This document shows, in pieces, positions 29,263 through 37,728 of a DNA stretch of 64,000 nt. This DNA comes from an uncultured Acetobacteraceae bacterium (GTDB lineage: Bacteria; Pseudomonadota; Alphaproteobacteria; Acetobacterales; Acetobacteraceae), in assembly GCA_964427005.1 (NCBI GenBank), contig CAYRTL010000007.1, positions 23,202 through 87,201 of the forward strand, read 5' to 3'. How positions within the stretch are numbered: the stretch's first letter is position 1; each line of letters opens with the position of its first letter. Position numbers and translations under genes: made by a program. The notes under the pieces are model-generated. The model was not told the DNA's origin, searched no databases, and saw only the letters and a list, made by a program, of their open reading frames with translations.

Positions 29263-29664
29263 GTGGCGGAGGAGGATATCCTCGCGGCCATCGCATTCAA
29301 CTCAGACGGACTTGTACCCGCGGTCGCGCAGCAGCACGATACAGGCGAGGTGTTGATGCTCGCCTGGATGAATCGTGATGCCGTTTTGGAAACGCTAAAG
29401 ACCGGCCGCGTCTGCTATTTCAGCCGCTCGCGCAATGCGCTGTGGCGTAAAGGCGAAACATCAGACCAGGTGCAGCATTTGAAGGAACTGCGGGTCGATT
29501 GCGACGGTGACACGCTCCTGCTGCTGGTCGATCAAGAAGGCGTGGCGTGCCATACCGGACGTCGAAACTGTTTCTTTCGCGCCATGCGCGACGGCAAGCT
29601 GGTGGAAATCGCAAAACCCCAGGTTTCGCCGGAAACGCTGTACGGCTGCCGCGGGCACGACTAA
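29263..29664 (+). CDS. hisI: Phosphoribosyl-AMP cyclohydrolase
   Basis: GTG at 29263, 2 nt after the cobT stop. [26 protein letters not shown]...[39 protein letters not shown] is the HisI signature. Confidence 0.9.
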   Translation: [133 protein letters not shown]

Positions 29665-30327
29665 TCAGCAGGCGCTGGCGTTCGCGAAGTCCGCTCTTCC
29701 TTCCGCGGTCAGAACACCAAGGAAGAACAGGTCCAGCCCCTTCTGGAATGTCGCCCGCGGCGTCAGGCCGGTGCGTTGCATCACCGCGGGTTGCTGTAGC
29801 CCGTGCATGGCCTGCAGCCAGAATTCCACCAGGAAATCCACGTCGAGGTCGCCGCGAACCATCCCTTCGGCTACGCCAACACGAAACAAACGACCGAACA
29901 CGATCGGTATGTTGAGCTCTCGCATATCGCGCAGGCGCTGATAACAAGCCGGCGCGAAGCGCTGCAGATCGCGGACGAATTCGGGCGTAACCACGCTGAA
30001 CTGAAGACCGACGACACGCAGCACGGCACGCAGCTTCTGGGTGAAGCTGCAGGACGCGTCATTCAGTACCACATCCACTTCCCGGCGTATCGTTCTCGCG
30101 GTCGCATCGATGATCGACTCGACCAGCGCGTCCTTGGAAGCGAAATGGGCATAAAGCGTCTTCTTGCTCATGCCGAGTTCATGCGCGAGCGCATCCATGG
30201 TCACACCGCTGAACTTGTGCGCCAGTATCAGCTCGCGCGCGGTACGCAGAATGCGGCCGGACGGGGTGTCGTCCACGTCGAACGGCACGACGTCCGGGGT
30301 TGCCGATGTCATCTCCTCATGCGGCAT
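29665..30327 (-). CDS. TetR-family transcriptional regulator
   Basis: HTH: ILRTARELILAHKFSGVTMDALAHELGMSKKTLYAHFASKDAL. ATG at 30327 overlaps the upstream monooxygenase stop (ATGCCGCATGA). An alternative ATG lies at 30312. Confidence 0.85.
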   Translation of the reverse strand: MPHEEMTSATPDVVPFDVDDTPSGRILRTARELILAHKFSGVTMDALAHELGMSKKTLYAHFASKDALVESIIDATARTIRREVDVVLNDASCSFTQKLRAVLRVVGLQFSVVTPEFVRDLQRFAPACYQRLRDMRELNIPIVFGRLFRVGVAEGMVRGDLDVDFLVEFWLQAMHGLQQPAVMQRTGLTPRATFQKGLDLFFLGVLTAEGRADFANASAC

Positions 30328-31909
30328 ACCGGGTCGGGCGCGCCTCCGCCACGCCTTGCGGCTGCAGGACACGCCGGACATAGTTGGCTAACCGATCGAG
30401 ACCGCTGTCATCGCCGCGCGCCGCAATGACATGGTCGGGACGTATCAGCACCCACCCTGGCCCATTCATCCGGTAGCGCGCCGCCGCCTCATCCTTCACC
30501 TCGAGATGAAGTGTTTGCAGCCATGGCCCGGCCGCTGCCATCAGCCCATCAGAAAGCGGCATGTCGCCAAACAGCAGCAACGTATGTCTCGGCGCACCCA
30601 GTATCGGCCACAGCCGCCGAATCTCACCCGTTGCCCCGTCGCTATATCCTGCGTCCAATGCGCGCGTGCCCACATCGGTACGGCGCGGCCGCGATGGGGG
30701 TGCGCCAAGCTCGATCAGGCCGCCATCGTGATAAACGATGGCCGTCTCCGAGAGCTCGATCTGCAGCTTCCGCTGCACCACCGGGAAACGCATCACGACA
30801 GGCAGGATCACGTTCTTGAGGATTGTCGGCACAATACCGGTGCCGAAGCTCACGTGCAGCTTTTGCGCCGCCCCCTTGATCACCTCGCGCGCAATCGGCC
30901 GGCGCTCAGCTTCGTAGCTGTCGAGCAACAAGTCGGCATCACCGACACCGTTCAACACGTGGGCGAGTTTCCACCCCAGATTGACCGCATCCTGGATACC
31001 GGTATTCATGCCCTGCCCACCGGCGGGGCTGTGGATGTGCGCGGCATCACCGGCGAGGAAACAGCGTCCGTCGCGATAACGCGCGGCTAGGCGCTCATTG
31101 ATCCGGAACGTCGACAGCCAGCTCGCATCGTGAAGCCGCAAACCGCCGCGGCCGTGCCGATCCAGTAGTGTCTGGATCTCCTGCAATGTCGGCGGCTGAT
31201 CCCCGCCCTGGGCTCGAACGACAAAGATGCGCCAGATTCCATTCTCCACCGGAAACAGCGCAGCCGTCCCGCCGTTCTGCCACCAGAGATAGATGCTTGC
31301 CGGATCCAGTGCGCCACCCTCGATGCGTGCATCGGCGAGGAGACAGATCTGCGGCTCGGTGTAGCCTTCAAAATCGATACCTAGTCCGTGCCGCACCGTG
31401 CTGCGGGCGCCGTCGCAGCCGACGAGATAGCGGGTGCGCAGCGTCTCCTCCGTCCCCTCGGGGCGACGGAGCGTCGCGGTGACGCCGGCGTTATCCTGGA
31501 CAAAGTCGAGCAGTTCGACACCTCGCTCGACCTGCGCACCGACGCTGGCGAGTTGCTGACCAAGCAGTTGTTCGGTTCGCGATTGCGGCAGCAGCAGAGG
31601 GAATGGATAGGGGCTGTCTATGCCGCCACCGACGTTCAGTGACGCGAGTTCTCGCCCACGCGTGCCAGCCGACAAAGCGTGCAGGCGCACGCCTTGATCC
31701 AGGAAGCCCGGCATCAGACCCATCGCATCGAATGCTTCGAGCGTTCCGCTCCAGACGGCGAGTGCCTTCGACACTTGGCTCGGCTGCGGCGCCCGATCCA
31801 CAATGCGGACCGGAATGCCGAAACGCCGGCAGGTGATGGCGAGCGACAGCCCCACCGGCCCCGCGCCTGCCACAAGGACCTGGGGGGTGTTGATGTCTGT
31901 CCTTGGCAT
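30317..31909 (-). CDS. FAD-dependent aromatic-ring monooxygenase (PheA/TfdB-type)
   Basis: ATG at 31909 (RBS ggaga). GxGxxG VLVAGAGPVGLSLA, and FLAGDAAHIHSPAGGQGMNTGIQDAVNLGWKLA. The C-terminal thioredoxin-like extension is typical of this family. The track ORF (to 32182) over-extends. Confidence 0.88.
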   Translation of the reverse strand: MPRTDINTPQVLVAGAGPVGLSLAITCRRFGIPVRIVDRAPQPSQVSKALAVWSGTLEAFDAMGLMPGFLDQGVRLHALSAGTRGRELASLNVGGGIDSPYPFPLLLPQSRTEQLLGQQLASVGAQVERGVELLDFVQDNAGVTATLRRPEGTEETLRTRYLVGCDGARSTVRHGLGIDFEGYTEPQICLLADARIEGGALDPASIYLWWQNGGTAALFPVENGIWRIFVVRAQGGDQPPTLQEIQTLLDRHGRGGLRLHDASWLSTFRINERLAARYRDGRCFLAGDAAHIHSPAGGQGMNTGIQDAVNLGWKLAHVLNGVGDADLLLDSYEAERRPIAREVIKGAAQKLHVSFGTGIVPTILKNVILPVVMRFPVVQRKLQIELSETAIVYHDGGLIELGAPPSRPRRTDVGTRALDAGYSDGATGEIRRLWPILGAPRHTLLLFGDMPLSDGLMAAAGPWLQTLHLEVKDEAAARYRMNGPGWVLIRPDHVIAARGDDSGLDRLANYVRRVLQPQGVAEARPTRYAA

Positions 31910-32021
31910 ATGCGTTTCTCCGCCTGGATAACGGAGAAACTCTATTGGTTTTTCAGGTTTCCAGTCAATGGCGGAATGTTCGATATACGAAACCGGCATG
32001 ACCGCCTTGGCCACTCCACAA

Positions 32022-32801
32022 TCATCGCTGAACGTCCCCAGACACAAGGGGTGAAGTACTCGATGACGCCATTCCTTGTGGCCTGGACGGTCCTTTGGCG
32101 AGTTGCAGCCGCGCAAGTGCAGTCTGCCGCATAGCCTCATTGTCGATGCCGGAATATTCGCTTTCCGCGCTTTCGAACACATCCGCGGCCTGTCTGGGTG
32201 CGTGGGCCTGATTTAGCTCGCACCAGCTCCACGACGAGTAGATGTAGCCCTTCTGCAGTCGGGCTAAGTTATCGGCACCTTTGATCAGGGTAACCGCGTC
32301 CCGAAACATTTTGCGGCCTTCCTCAAAGCGCCTTTGCGCGAAGAGGAAGGCCGCGTAGCCTCGTATCGCGAGTGAACGTGTGACGTCGTTCGGAGATGCC
32401 CGGATTGATTTGAGGAAGTGAGTTTCCGCTGTAACAAGATCGCCTGCGTTCGCGCTGAGCATGGCGATGGTGTTGTAGTCGACCGCGGTCACCAGTGAGG
32501 GCACGAGATTTGTGAGGTAAACAGCCTGATTGAGCAGCCCCGCGATCCTTTGTCCCAGGACGTTGTCGATATTCTGCTGCATTTCGAGGTTGTCTTTCGC
32601 TTCGCCGAACATGAGGCGAGCGTATTCCAACTGGCTGTCGGTAATCTTGTCGGTTGTTTCTGTCAGTTGCTGGCGGATATCGCGGCGCTGCTCGTTGCGA
32701 CCTCGGATATAGCTTACCAGAAATGCTACGATCGACAGTGCGAGGGCGAGCGTGCTGAGAGAAATTGTCAGAAGGTCCTTTGTCTCCATTTCCTCCCCCA
32801 T
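32022..32801 (-). CDS. Hypothetical membrane-anchored protein with TPR-like C-terminal region
   Basis: Start at ATG 32801 or 32789. One N-terminal TM helix (LLTISLSTLALALSIVAFLVSYI), then helical repeats (DLVTAETHFLKSIRASPNDV...RGYAAFLFAQRRFEEGRKMFRDAV). Low-GC context. No family recognised. Confidence 0.6.
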   Translation of the reverse strand: MGEEMETKDLLTISLSTLALALSIVAFLVSYIRGRNEQRRDIRQQLTETTDKITDSQLEYARLMFGEAKDNLEMQQNIDNVLGQRIAGLLNQAVYLTNLVPSLVTAVDYNTIAMLSANAGDLVTAETHFLKSIRASPNDVTRSLAIRGYAAFLFAQRRFEEGRKMFRDAVTLIKGADNLARLQKGYIYSSWSWCELNQAHAPRQAADVFESAESEYSGIDNEAMRQTALARLQLAKGPSRPQGMASSSTSPLVSGDVQR

Positions 32802-33086
32802 CCCTCTACTGTGGTTCTTCGCCAAGTTGCGCGGAGCTTGGAACGCGCAATTGAGACACCGAAAGGCAAGTAGGTAAATGCCCAGCAATTCATTGCGCAA
32901 AGTGGAGAATGCCGCGGGTATGGAGGCGTAAGTTGCCTCGTCGCGACCGAAGCTCGGCAACCGCACTCAGAAGTGCAGTACCCAAATGCGCAGGTTGGCA
33001 CTCTGGACGAGGCTGGAGTCCCGGCCCGAGGCAGACCTTGGAGGACCGTGCCAGGGTCTGTGGCGGCGTACTCCAAGTGCCTGAAC

Positions 33087-33105
33087 GCTGGTGGGGCTGA
33101 GGGGA
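33087..33105. repeat. 19-nt near-identical copy of the tRNA-Ala 3' end (candidate att remnant)
   Basis: gctggtggGgctgagggga (33087-33105) versus gctggtggAgctgagggga (35658-35676, spanning the tRNA 3' terminus): 18/19 identical. A degenerate continuation follows (ggttccacccc versus ttcgaacccc). Confidence 0.5.
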
Positions 33106-33198
33106 GGTTCCACCCCAGTCCAAACCAGCGTCATAGCTCAAGCGCCTGTAGCGGCTTGAAACGGACGCCGCCCTGTTCCTCGCTCGTTCCTCAGATAC

Positions 33199-34320
33199 CT
33201 ATGCAGGCCAGTTGCTACGTCCCCAGGCGCACAGGCTGGTAAAGCCGCTGCCTGCAGCCATGATGTTGTCCTGGTCGAAGGTAATACCGAGGAAGGAATA
33301 CTCCTCTTCACCGCTGACAACCCCTACGATCCGAGGATCACCACCCCACCAGCCAAACAATGGGCCACCGGAATCGCCCGGAGTCACATCAGCCGTATCC
33401 GACTCCAGCTCTTCTCCGCCATTGGAATCCGAATCCGTGTCGCCGACGGTGATGCCACCCTGGAAAGACGGGCGTTGTGCATTGGCGATTGCGCCCGGGT
33501 AGCCAATCAAGCTCCAGTAAGGATCGTCGTTCCAATTATCGCTGTAGCCGTTGTAACCAAAATACCCGAGCCACTGCCCAAGCGGCTCATAGAGCCGCAG
33601 CACCGCCCAGTCGTATCCGGTGACGTTGCCACTCGTATTATAGCCGCGTGCATCGGATACATACGATTCTATGCCGGGTCCGTGCAGGGAGGAGCCGTCG
33701 TAATAAGCAGGCACGAACCGCATCCACCACGGGCTGTCACCCCACGGGACCATGTGCCCCGCCGTAATTACGATCCGATCACCGACGAGAGCGCCAGTGC
33801 CGCTTTCGCCCCGATTGTTGAAGATGCGTCCTACGAGGCCCCAGGGCCAGGCAGCGTCGCGAAACTGCCAGCGATCGTCATTGCCGAATACCCACAGGGG
33901 TCGAACCGAGCGGCCATTAAAGCGACGCAGCGATGGTCTCGCCTCTATCAGACTCCGACGGGGACTGAACAACGCATCTGCCCATGCAGGCTTATAGGCA
34001 CCGATTGAGACATCAGCACCAAAACCTTCCAGGAAATGCTCTGGGCCCATCCGCTCGGCGGATCTACCGGGTAGATGACCCAATAAGGTTGTATCGAGGG
34101 GCGTATCAACTCGCCACAAAGCCCGATCGCCGACCTGCGCACGTGTAACATGCACCGTGGGTTTCTCGGCATGCGCCGCATCGATGTAAACCGTTCGCAT
34201 CCTCGCGCGTTCGGCCATTTCCTCGGGGGGCTTACCAGTGCCGAAGACAGCAGGGCGTGCCTGAACGCGTTCCAGACGATCAGGTGCGTTGCGATCACCA
34301 AGAAATCGGAAAGATGGCAT
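33199..34320 (-). CDS. Trypsin-fold (S1 family, V8/glutamyl-endopeptidase-like) serine protease with an unknown N-terminal domain of about 150 aa
   Basis: Catalytic triad contexts: VITAGHMV (His), YDWAVLRL (Asp), TPGDSGGPLF (Ser). No N-terminal signal peptide is visible (MPSFRFLGDRNAPDRLERV). Confidence 0.8.
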   Translation of the reverse strand: MPSFRFLGDRNAPDRLERVQARPAVFGTGKPPEEMAERARMRTVYIDAAHAEKPTVHVTRAQVGDRALWRVDTPLDTTLLGHLPGRSAERMGPEHFLEGFGADVSIGAYKPAWADALFSPRRSLIEARPSLRRFNGRSVRPLWVFGNDDRWQFRDAAWPWGLVGRIFNNRGESGTGALVGDRIVITAGHMVPWGDSPWWMRFVPAYYDGSSLHGPGIESYVSDARGYNTSGNVTGYDWAVLRLYEPLGQWLGYFGYNGYSDNWNDDPYWSLIGYPGAIANAQRPSFQGGITVGDTDSDSNGGEELESDTADVTPGDSGGPLFGWWGGDPRIVGVVSGEEEYSFLGITFDQDNIMAAGSGFTSLCAWGRSNWPA

Positions 34321-34853
34321 CGTAGTCCTCCCTAGTGAGAGCCGGCAGCAACATCAATCAGCATTGGCCGGATCTGTGGCGGGCCTGCTCATTGCATCTC
34401 CGGCTTTGGTTTCCGGGTTGGGTCAACCCATCAGGAGAGTTGGTTCAGTCACATTGGTATCTACGCCATTTGCTGCCTGATTGGTGTGAAATTCATCACA
34501 GCGCCTCTCGATCCTATGCGCGCAAGACGATCACGTGCAGCCCCGTTTCTTTGATGCCACATCGCACCTTTGCCAGACCGAATTCTAGAAGAGCCACTCA
34601 AATAGTCGTTGAATGTTCCTATTTTGGAATGACATGGCAGTGTGAGGAATTCACATTGGGCTCTTGGCAATCCCGCTTGGACCCACGAATTGGAAACTAC
34701 CCTCCGCTAACAAGCTGCGCCTTCTCTGCCCTCAGCGATACGTCAGGGACCTGCGAGGCAGTGGAGTTACTATTCACCACTGCCTCCAGACGCTGGCATC
34801 CGACCAAACGCATGCAGCAGACGAACGGGACTTGACTCAGACGGAGTCACGGA

Positions 34854-35560
34854 ATGTCACTTACAATAGCCGATGTTCTGACCACCTTTAATGACGGCAT
34901 AACGCTCGGGATCTACTTCTGGGTCGGTCCGATTTACGTCAGTGGCATTGGATACCGCCTGGTGCGCGATAGTATCTACGGAGGGTATATCCAAGTCGTC
35001 GAGGGCGCCAAACCAGAATCTGGCATTCTATGATTCGATAAAGATATGCTGACAACCCAGGCCGGCAGTTCCCCCGCAAATTTGGATCAGCGCGCGCTTC
35101 TTCTGCATGAATGCACACATGCGCTGATTGACGTCTTCGACTGCACGACTGCTACGAGACACATCGACGAATTGGCGGCATAAATTGCTCAACACGTGTA
35201 TCTGGTCCGCTCAAACCCGGGCTGGACGGTGGCCTCAAACAATGCTCCGTGGCAAAGCTTCTTTCAGGCGGTATTCGTAGGCTTGACACGCTTGCGGGAA
35301 ATAACACGATCATCACCGTGGCGGACGTCGAACCACTGCGCCAACAACTCGCAGCATTGCCCCGCGTCAATTATGGGACCTTCGCGAAGGATGCCTTAAG
35401 CGGCGCCGACGGGCTGAAGGATTACGGCACCTTTATGAGGCTGGCCCGCAAAATGGCCTCGGGGTATCGTAATAGGCTAAACCTTACGTCGCCAATGATC
35501 GGAGATCCGCGGATGAGGATCCTAAGGACACCCGTGATGCTGATGCCATCACCCACATAA
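34854..35560 (+). pseudogene. Decayed gene encoding an HExxH-motif (putative Zn-metallopeptidase-like) protein
   Basis: My own translation: the frame from ATG 34854 reads MSLTIADVLTTFNDG...AKPESGIL, then an in-frame TGA (35031-35033), then FDKDMLTTQAGSSPANLDQRALLLHECTHALIDVF...DELAA, then an in-frame TAA (35181-35183), then IAQHVYLVRSNPGW... The protein-like reading then switches to the frame of track ORF 35249..35560 (LDTLAGNNTIITVADVEPLRQQLAALPRVNYGTF...). HECTH is encoded at 35106-35120. Confidence 0.55.
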
Positions 35561-35659
35561 ACCGGAAAGCCCGCCCCTTTCGCGGAGTGGGTAATTTCTC
35601 AGCCTGGGACTCCGAGGCTGCAGCCTTGCGGGCTAAGTGCCTGAAAACGCGGGGACGGC

Positions 35660-35735
35660 TGGTGGAGCTGAGGGGATTCGAACCCCTGGCCTCCTCATTG
35701 CGAACGAGGCGCTCTCCCAACTGAGCTACAGCCCC
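35660..35735 (-). tRNA. tRNA-Ala (anticodon CGC)
   Basis: Reverse complement is ggggctgtagctcagttgggagagcgcctcgttcgcaatgaggaggccaggggttcgaatcccctcagctccacca. G3:U70 alanine identity pair present, loop ttCGCaa, encoded CCA. Confidence 0.92.
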
Positions 35736-35859
35736 GTCCCGCGGGGCGCGGACAATGCTCAGAGGCTCCGGGCAAAGTCAAGCAGGTCGGGTTTGTTGCC
35801 GGTTGCGGACCGAGTTACCCGCCGCTAGCTTCCGCCGGCTTCAGGAGAACCCTTCCCCG

Positions 35860-36159
35860 ATGATGGCGCTGTTCTGGCTCATTGACCGGCTGCTCAGCCT
35901 GTATATCTGGGCCGTCATCCTTGCGGCGTTGTTCAGCATTCTCACCAGCTTCGGTGTGCTGGACACGCGGAATCGGATCGTCTGGACGATAGGCGATTTC
36001 CTGTATCGCATCACCGAGCCAGCGCTGCGCCCAATCCGCAATCTGCTGCCGAACCTGGGTGGGATTGACGTCAGCCCGATCATTCTGATCCTGCTGTTGC
36101 AGGCCGCCCGCATGCTGCTGGGCGAGATCGAGTTGAGCCTGTTGCGGAGCATCTATTGA
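35860..36159 (+). CDS. yggT: YggT-family membrane protein
   Basis: ATG at 35860. 99 aa: MMALFWLIDRLLSLYIWAVILAALFSIL...RITEPALRPIRNLLPNLGGIDVSPIILIL is the typical YggT pattern. Confidence 0.85.
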   Translation: MMALFWLIDRLLSLYIWAVILAALFSILTSFGVLDTRNRIVWTIGDFLYRITEPALRPIRNLLPNLGGIDVSPIILILLLQAARMLLGEIELSLLRSIY

Positions 36160-36458
36160 CTCCGTTCTGGCGTCCATTGCCTGACGGTGTCGCCGTGGCA
36201 GTCAAGGTGCAGCCGAAATCGCGTCGGCCCGGCGTACATGGGACCGCCCCCTCGGGAGAAGGGGAGCGGTTGCGCATCGGGGTCAGTGAAGCGGCGGATG
36301 GGGGCCGCGCCAACCGCGCGGCGTGCGCGGCCCTGGCCGATGCCCTTGGATTGCCCGCTTCCGCCGTCCAACTGACCCTGGGCACGACCAGCAGAGAGAA
36401 GACACTTCACGTGTCAGGCGATCCTGCCGCACTCGGCGCCAAGCTGGCGGCGCTGTGA
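36156..36458 (+). CDS. DUF167 (YggU-like) protein
   Basis: 100 aa. The TTG start overlaps the yggT stop (ATTGA). [11 protein letters not shown]...[35 protein letters not shown] matches DUF167. Conserved yggT-yggU pairing. Confidence 0.8.
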   Translation: MTPFWRPLPDGVAVAVKVQPKSRRPGVHGTAPSGEGERLRIGVSEAADGGRANRAACAALADALGLPASAVQLTLGTTSREKTLHVSGDPAALGAKLAAL

Positions 36459-37303
36459 CGGCGCGCATCATCGACGGCAAGACGGTAGCCGGCGCCCTGC
36501 GGGCGCGCCTCGCAGAGCAGGTCGCACTGCTGCCATTCCGCCCAGGCCTCGCGGTGGTATTGGTCGGCGACGATCCGGCGAGCGCGGTGTATGTCCGCAG
36601 CAAGGATCGCGCGGCCAACGGGGTCGGCATTGCCGCACATACGATCCGCCTGCCAGCTGAGATTTCCGAAGAAGAGCTGGTCACGCGCATCGCACGACTT
36701 AACGCGGACCCCGCGATCGACGGCATCCTGGTGCAGCTCCCACTACCGGCGCACATCGCCACCCAGGCGGTGATCGAAACAGTTGATCCAGCCAAGGATG
36801 TTGATGGCTTTCACCCGCTGAATGCGGGGCGGCTTGCGGCGGGCAGTCCTTTCCTGATCCCCTGCACGCCCCTTGGGGTGATGAAGCTGGTTGCGGAAGC
36901 CGGCGTGACCCTGGAGGGCGCGCGCGCCCTTGTGTTGGGACGTTCGATGATCGTCGGCAGACCGATGGCGTCATTGCTGCTTACCGCGAATGCCACGGTC
37001 ACCACGGCTCACTCCCGCACACGCGACCTCGCCACGGAGTGCCGCCGGGCCGACGTCATCGTGGCGGCGGTAGGCAGGCCTGAACTGGTGCGCGGTGACT
37101 GGATCTCCCCCGGTGCGGTGGTGATCGATGTCGGGATGAACCGCCTTCCCGACGGCAGACTTGTCGGCGACGTGGCATTCGAGGAAGCGATCGCGATTGC
37201 CGGCGCGATCACACCGGTGCCAGGGGGCGTCGGCCCGATGACGATTGCCTGTCTGTTGGAGAATACCGTGACCGCCGCGCTGCGACGGCGATCAGGCGGC
37301 TAG
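36455..37303 (+). CDS. folD: Bifunctional methylenetetrahydrofolate dehydrogenase / methenyl-THF cyclohydrolase
   Basis: GTG at 36455 overlaps the DUF167 stop (GTGA). (M)[15 protein letters not shown]...[21 protein letters not shown]...[10 protein letters not shown]...PGGVGPMT. Confidence 0.95.
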   Translation: MTARIIDGKTVAGALRARLAEQVALLPFRPGLAVVLVGDDPASAVYVRSKDRAANGVGIAAHTIRLPAEISEEELVTRIARLNADPAIDGILVQLPLPAHIATQAVIETVDPAKDVDGFHPLNAGRLAAGSPFLIPCTPLGVMKLVAEAGVTLEGARALVLGRSMIVGRPMASLLLTANATVTTAHSRTRDLATECRRADVIVAAVGRPELVRGDWISPGAVVIDVGMNRLPDGRLVGDVAFEEAIAIAGAITPVPGGVGPMTIACLLENTVTAALRRRSGG

Positions 37304-37728
37304 AAGTCGGTGCAGCGGCCGTTGACTTCCCAGTCGCCGTAGCGAGTCGGCTCCGGCCCCTTCGGACCGCCGATCTCTTTTGGCATCGGCTTCGCGCCCA
37401 GTGACGCAAGCGCGGCGTTCCTGTCGCGATAGATCGGCATCAGGCCGATCATGCCCGCCACTTCCAGCACACGTTCCACCTCAGCCACCGGATTGAGCAG
37501 GACCAAGGAGCCACCGCGCCGCTGCACAGTCTTTGCGGGGATGAGCAAGCTGCGGATGCCGATAGATGAGAGGGCGCTGACATTCGTCAGATCAACGACA
37601 ACACCGACGTGAGAGGCGGCAACGGCATTGAACTGCAAATCGATCGCATCAGCCCCGGCGATGTCCAGCTTTCCATCCAGCACTATGACGACGACGCCAG
37701 GAGCAATTGGCTCGACAACCATCCTCAT
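37300..37728 (-). CDS. STAS-domain (anti-sigma-antagonist-like) protein fused to a C-terminal DUF1674/SDHAF4-like motif
   Basis: ATG at 37728 with ggaga RBS. Residues 1-110 look like SpoIIAA/STAS ([19 protein letters not shown]...[22 protein letters not shown]). The last 30 aa, [27 protein letters not shown], match the conserved C-terminal core of DUF1674 proteins. Confidence 0.8.
   Translation of the reverse strand: MRMVVEPIAPGVVVIVLDGKLDIAGADAIDLQFNAVAASHVGVVVDLTNVSALSSIGIRSLLIPAKTVQRRGGSLVLLNPVAEVERVLEVAGMIGLMPIYRDRNAALASLGAKPMPKEIGGPKGPEPTRYGDWEVNGRCTDF

Noticed and set aside
31910-32182. 91-codon 5' extension of the FAD-monooxygenase track ORF
   Set aside because: The GxGxxG dinucleotide-binding fold starts right after the ATG at 31909, which has an RBS. 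The extension overlaps the neighbouring low-GC gene's 3' end.
34335-34835. 166-aa plus-strand ORF in the AT-rich spacer between the protease and the HExxH pseudogene
   Set aside because: It has a W/C/H/R-rich improbable composition, no RBS and no motif. It is more likely a promoter-containing spacer or fully eroded DNA.
35031-35033. In-frame TGA as a possible selenocysteine or programmed read-through codon
   Set aside because: A second in-frame TAA (35181) and a frameshift follow in the same gene, and no SECIS-like hairpin is evident. Pseudogenisation is the simpler reading.
32000-35660. Calling the low-GC region a mobile element
   Set aside because: No integrase, transposase, terminal inverted repeats or conjugation genes were found. 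Only the att-like direct repeat supports past mobility, so it is reported as a repeat and a finding rather than as a mobile_element feature.
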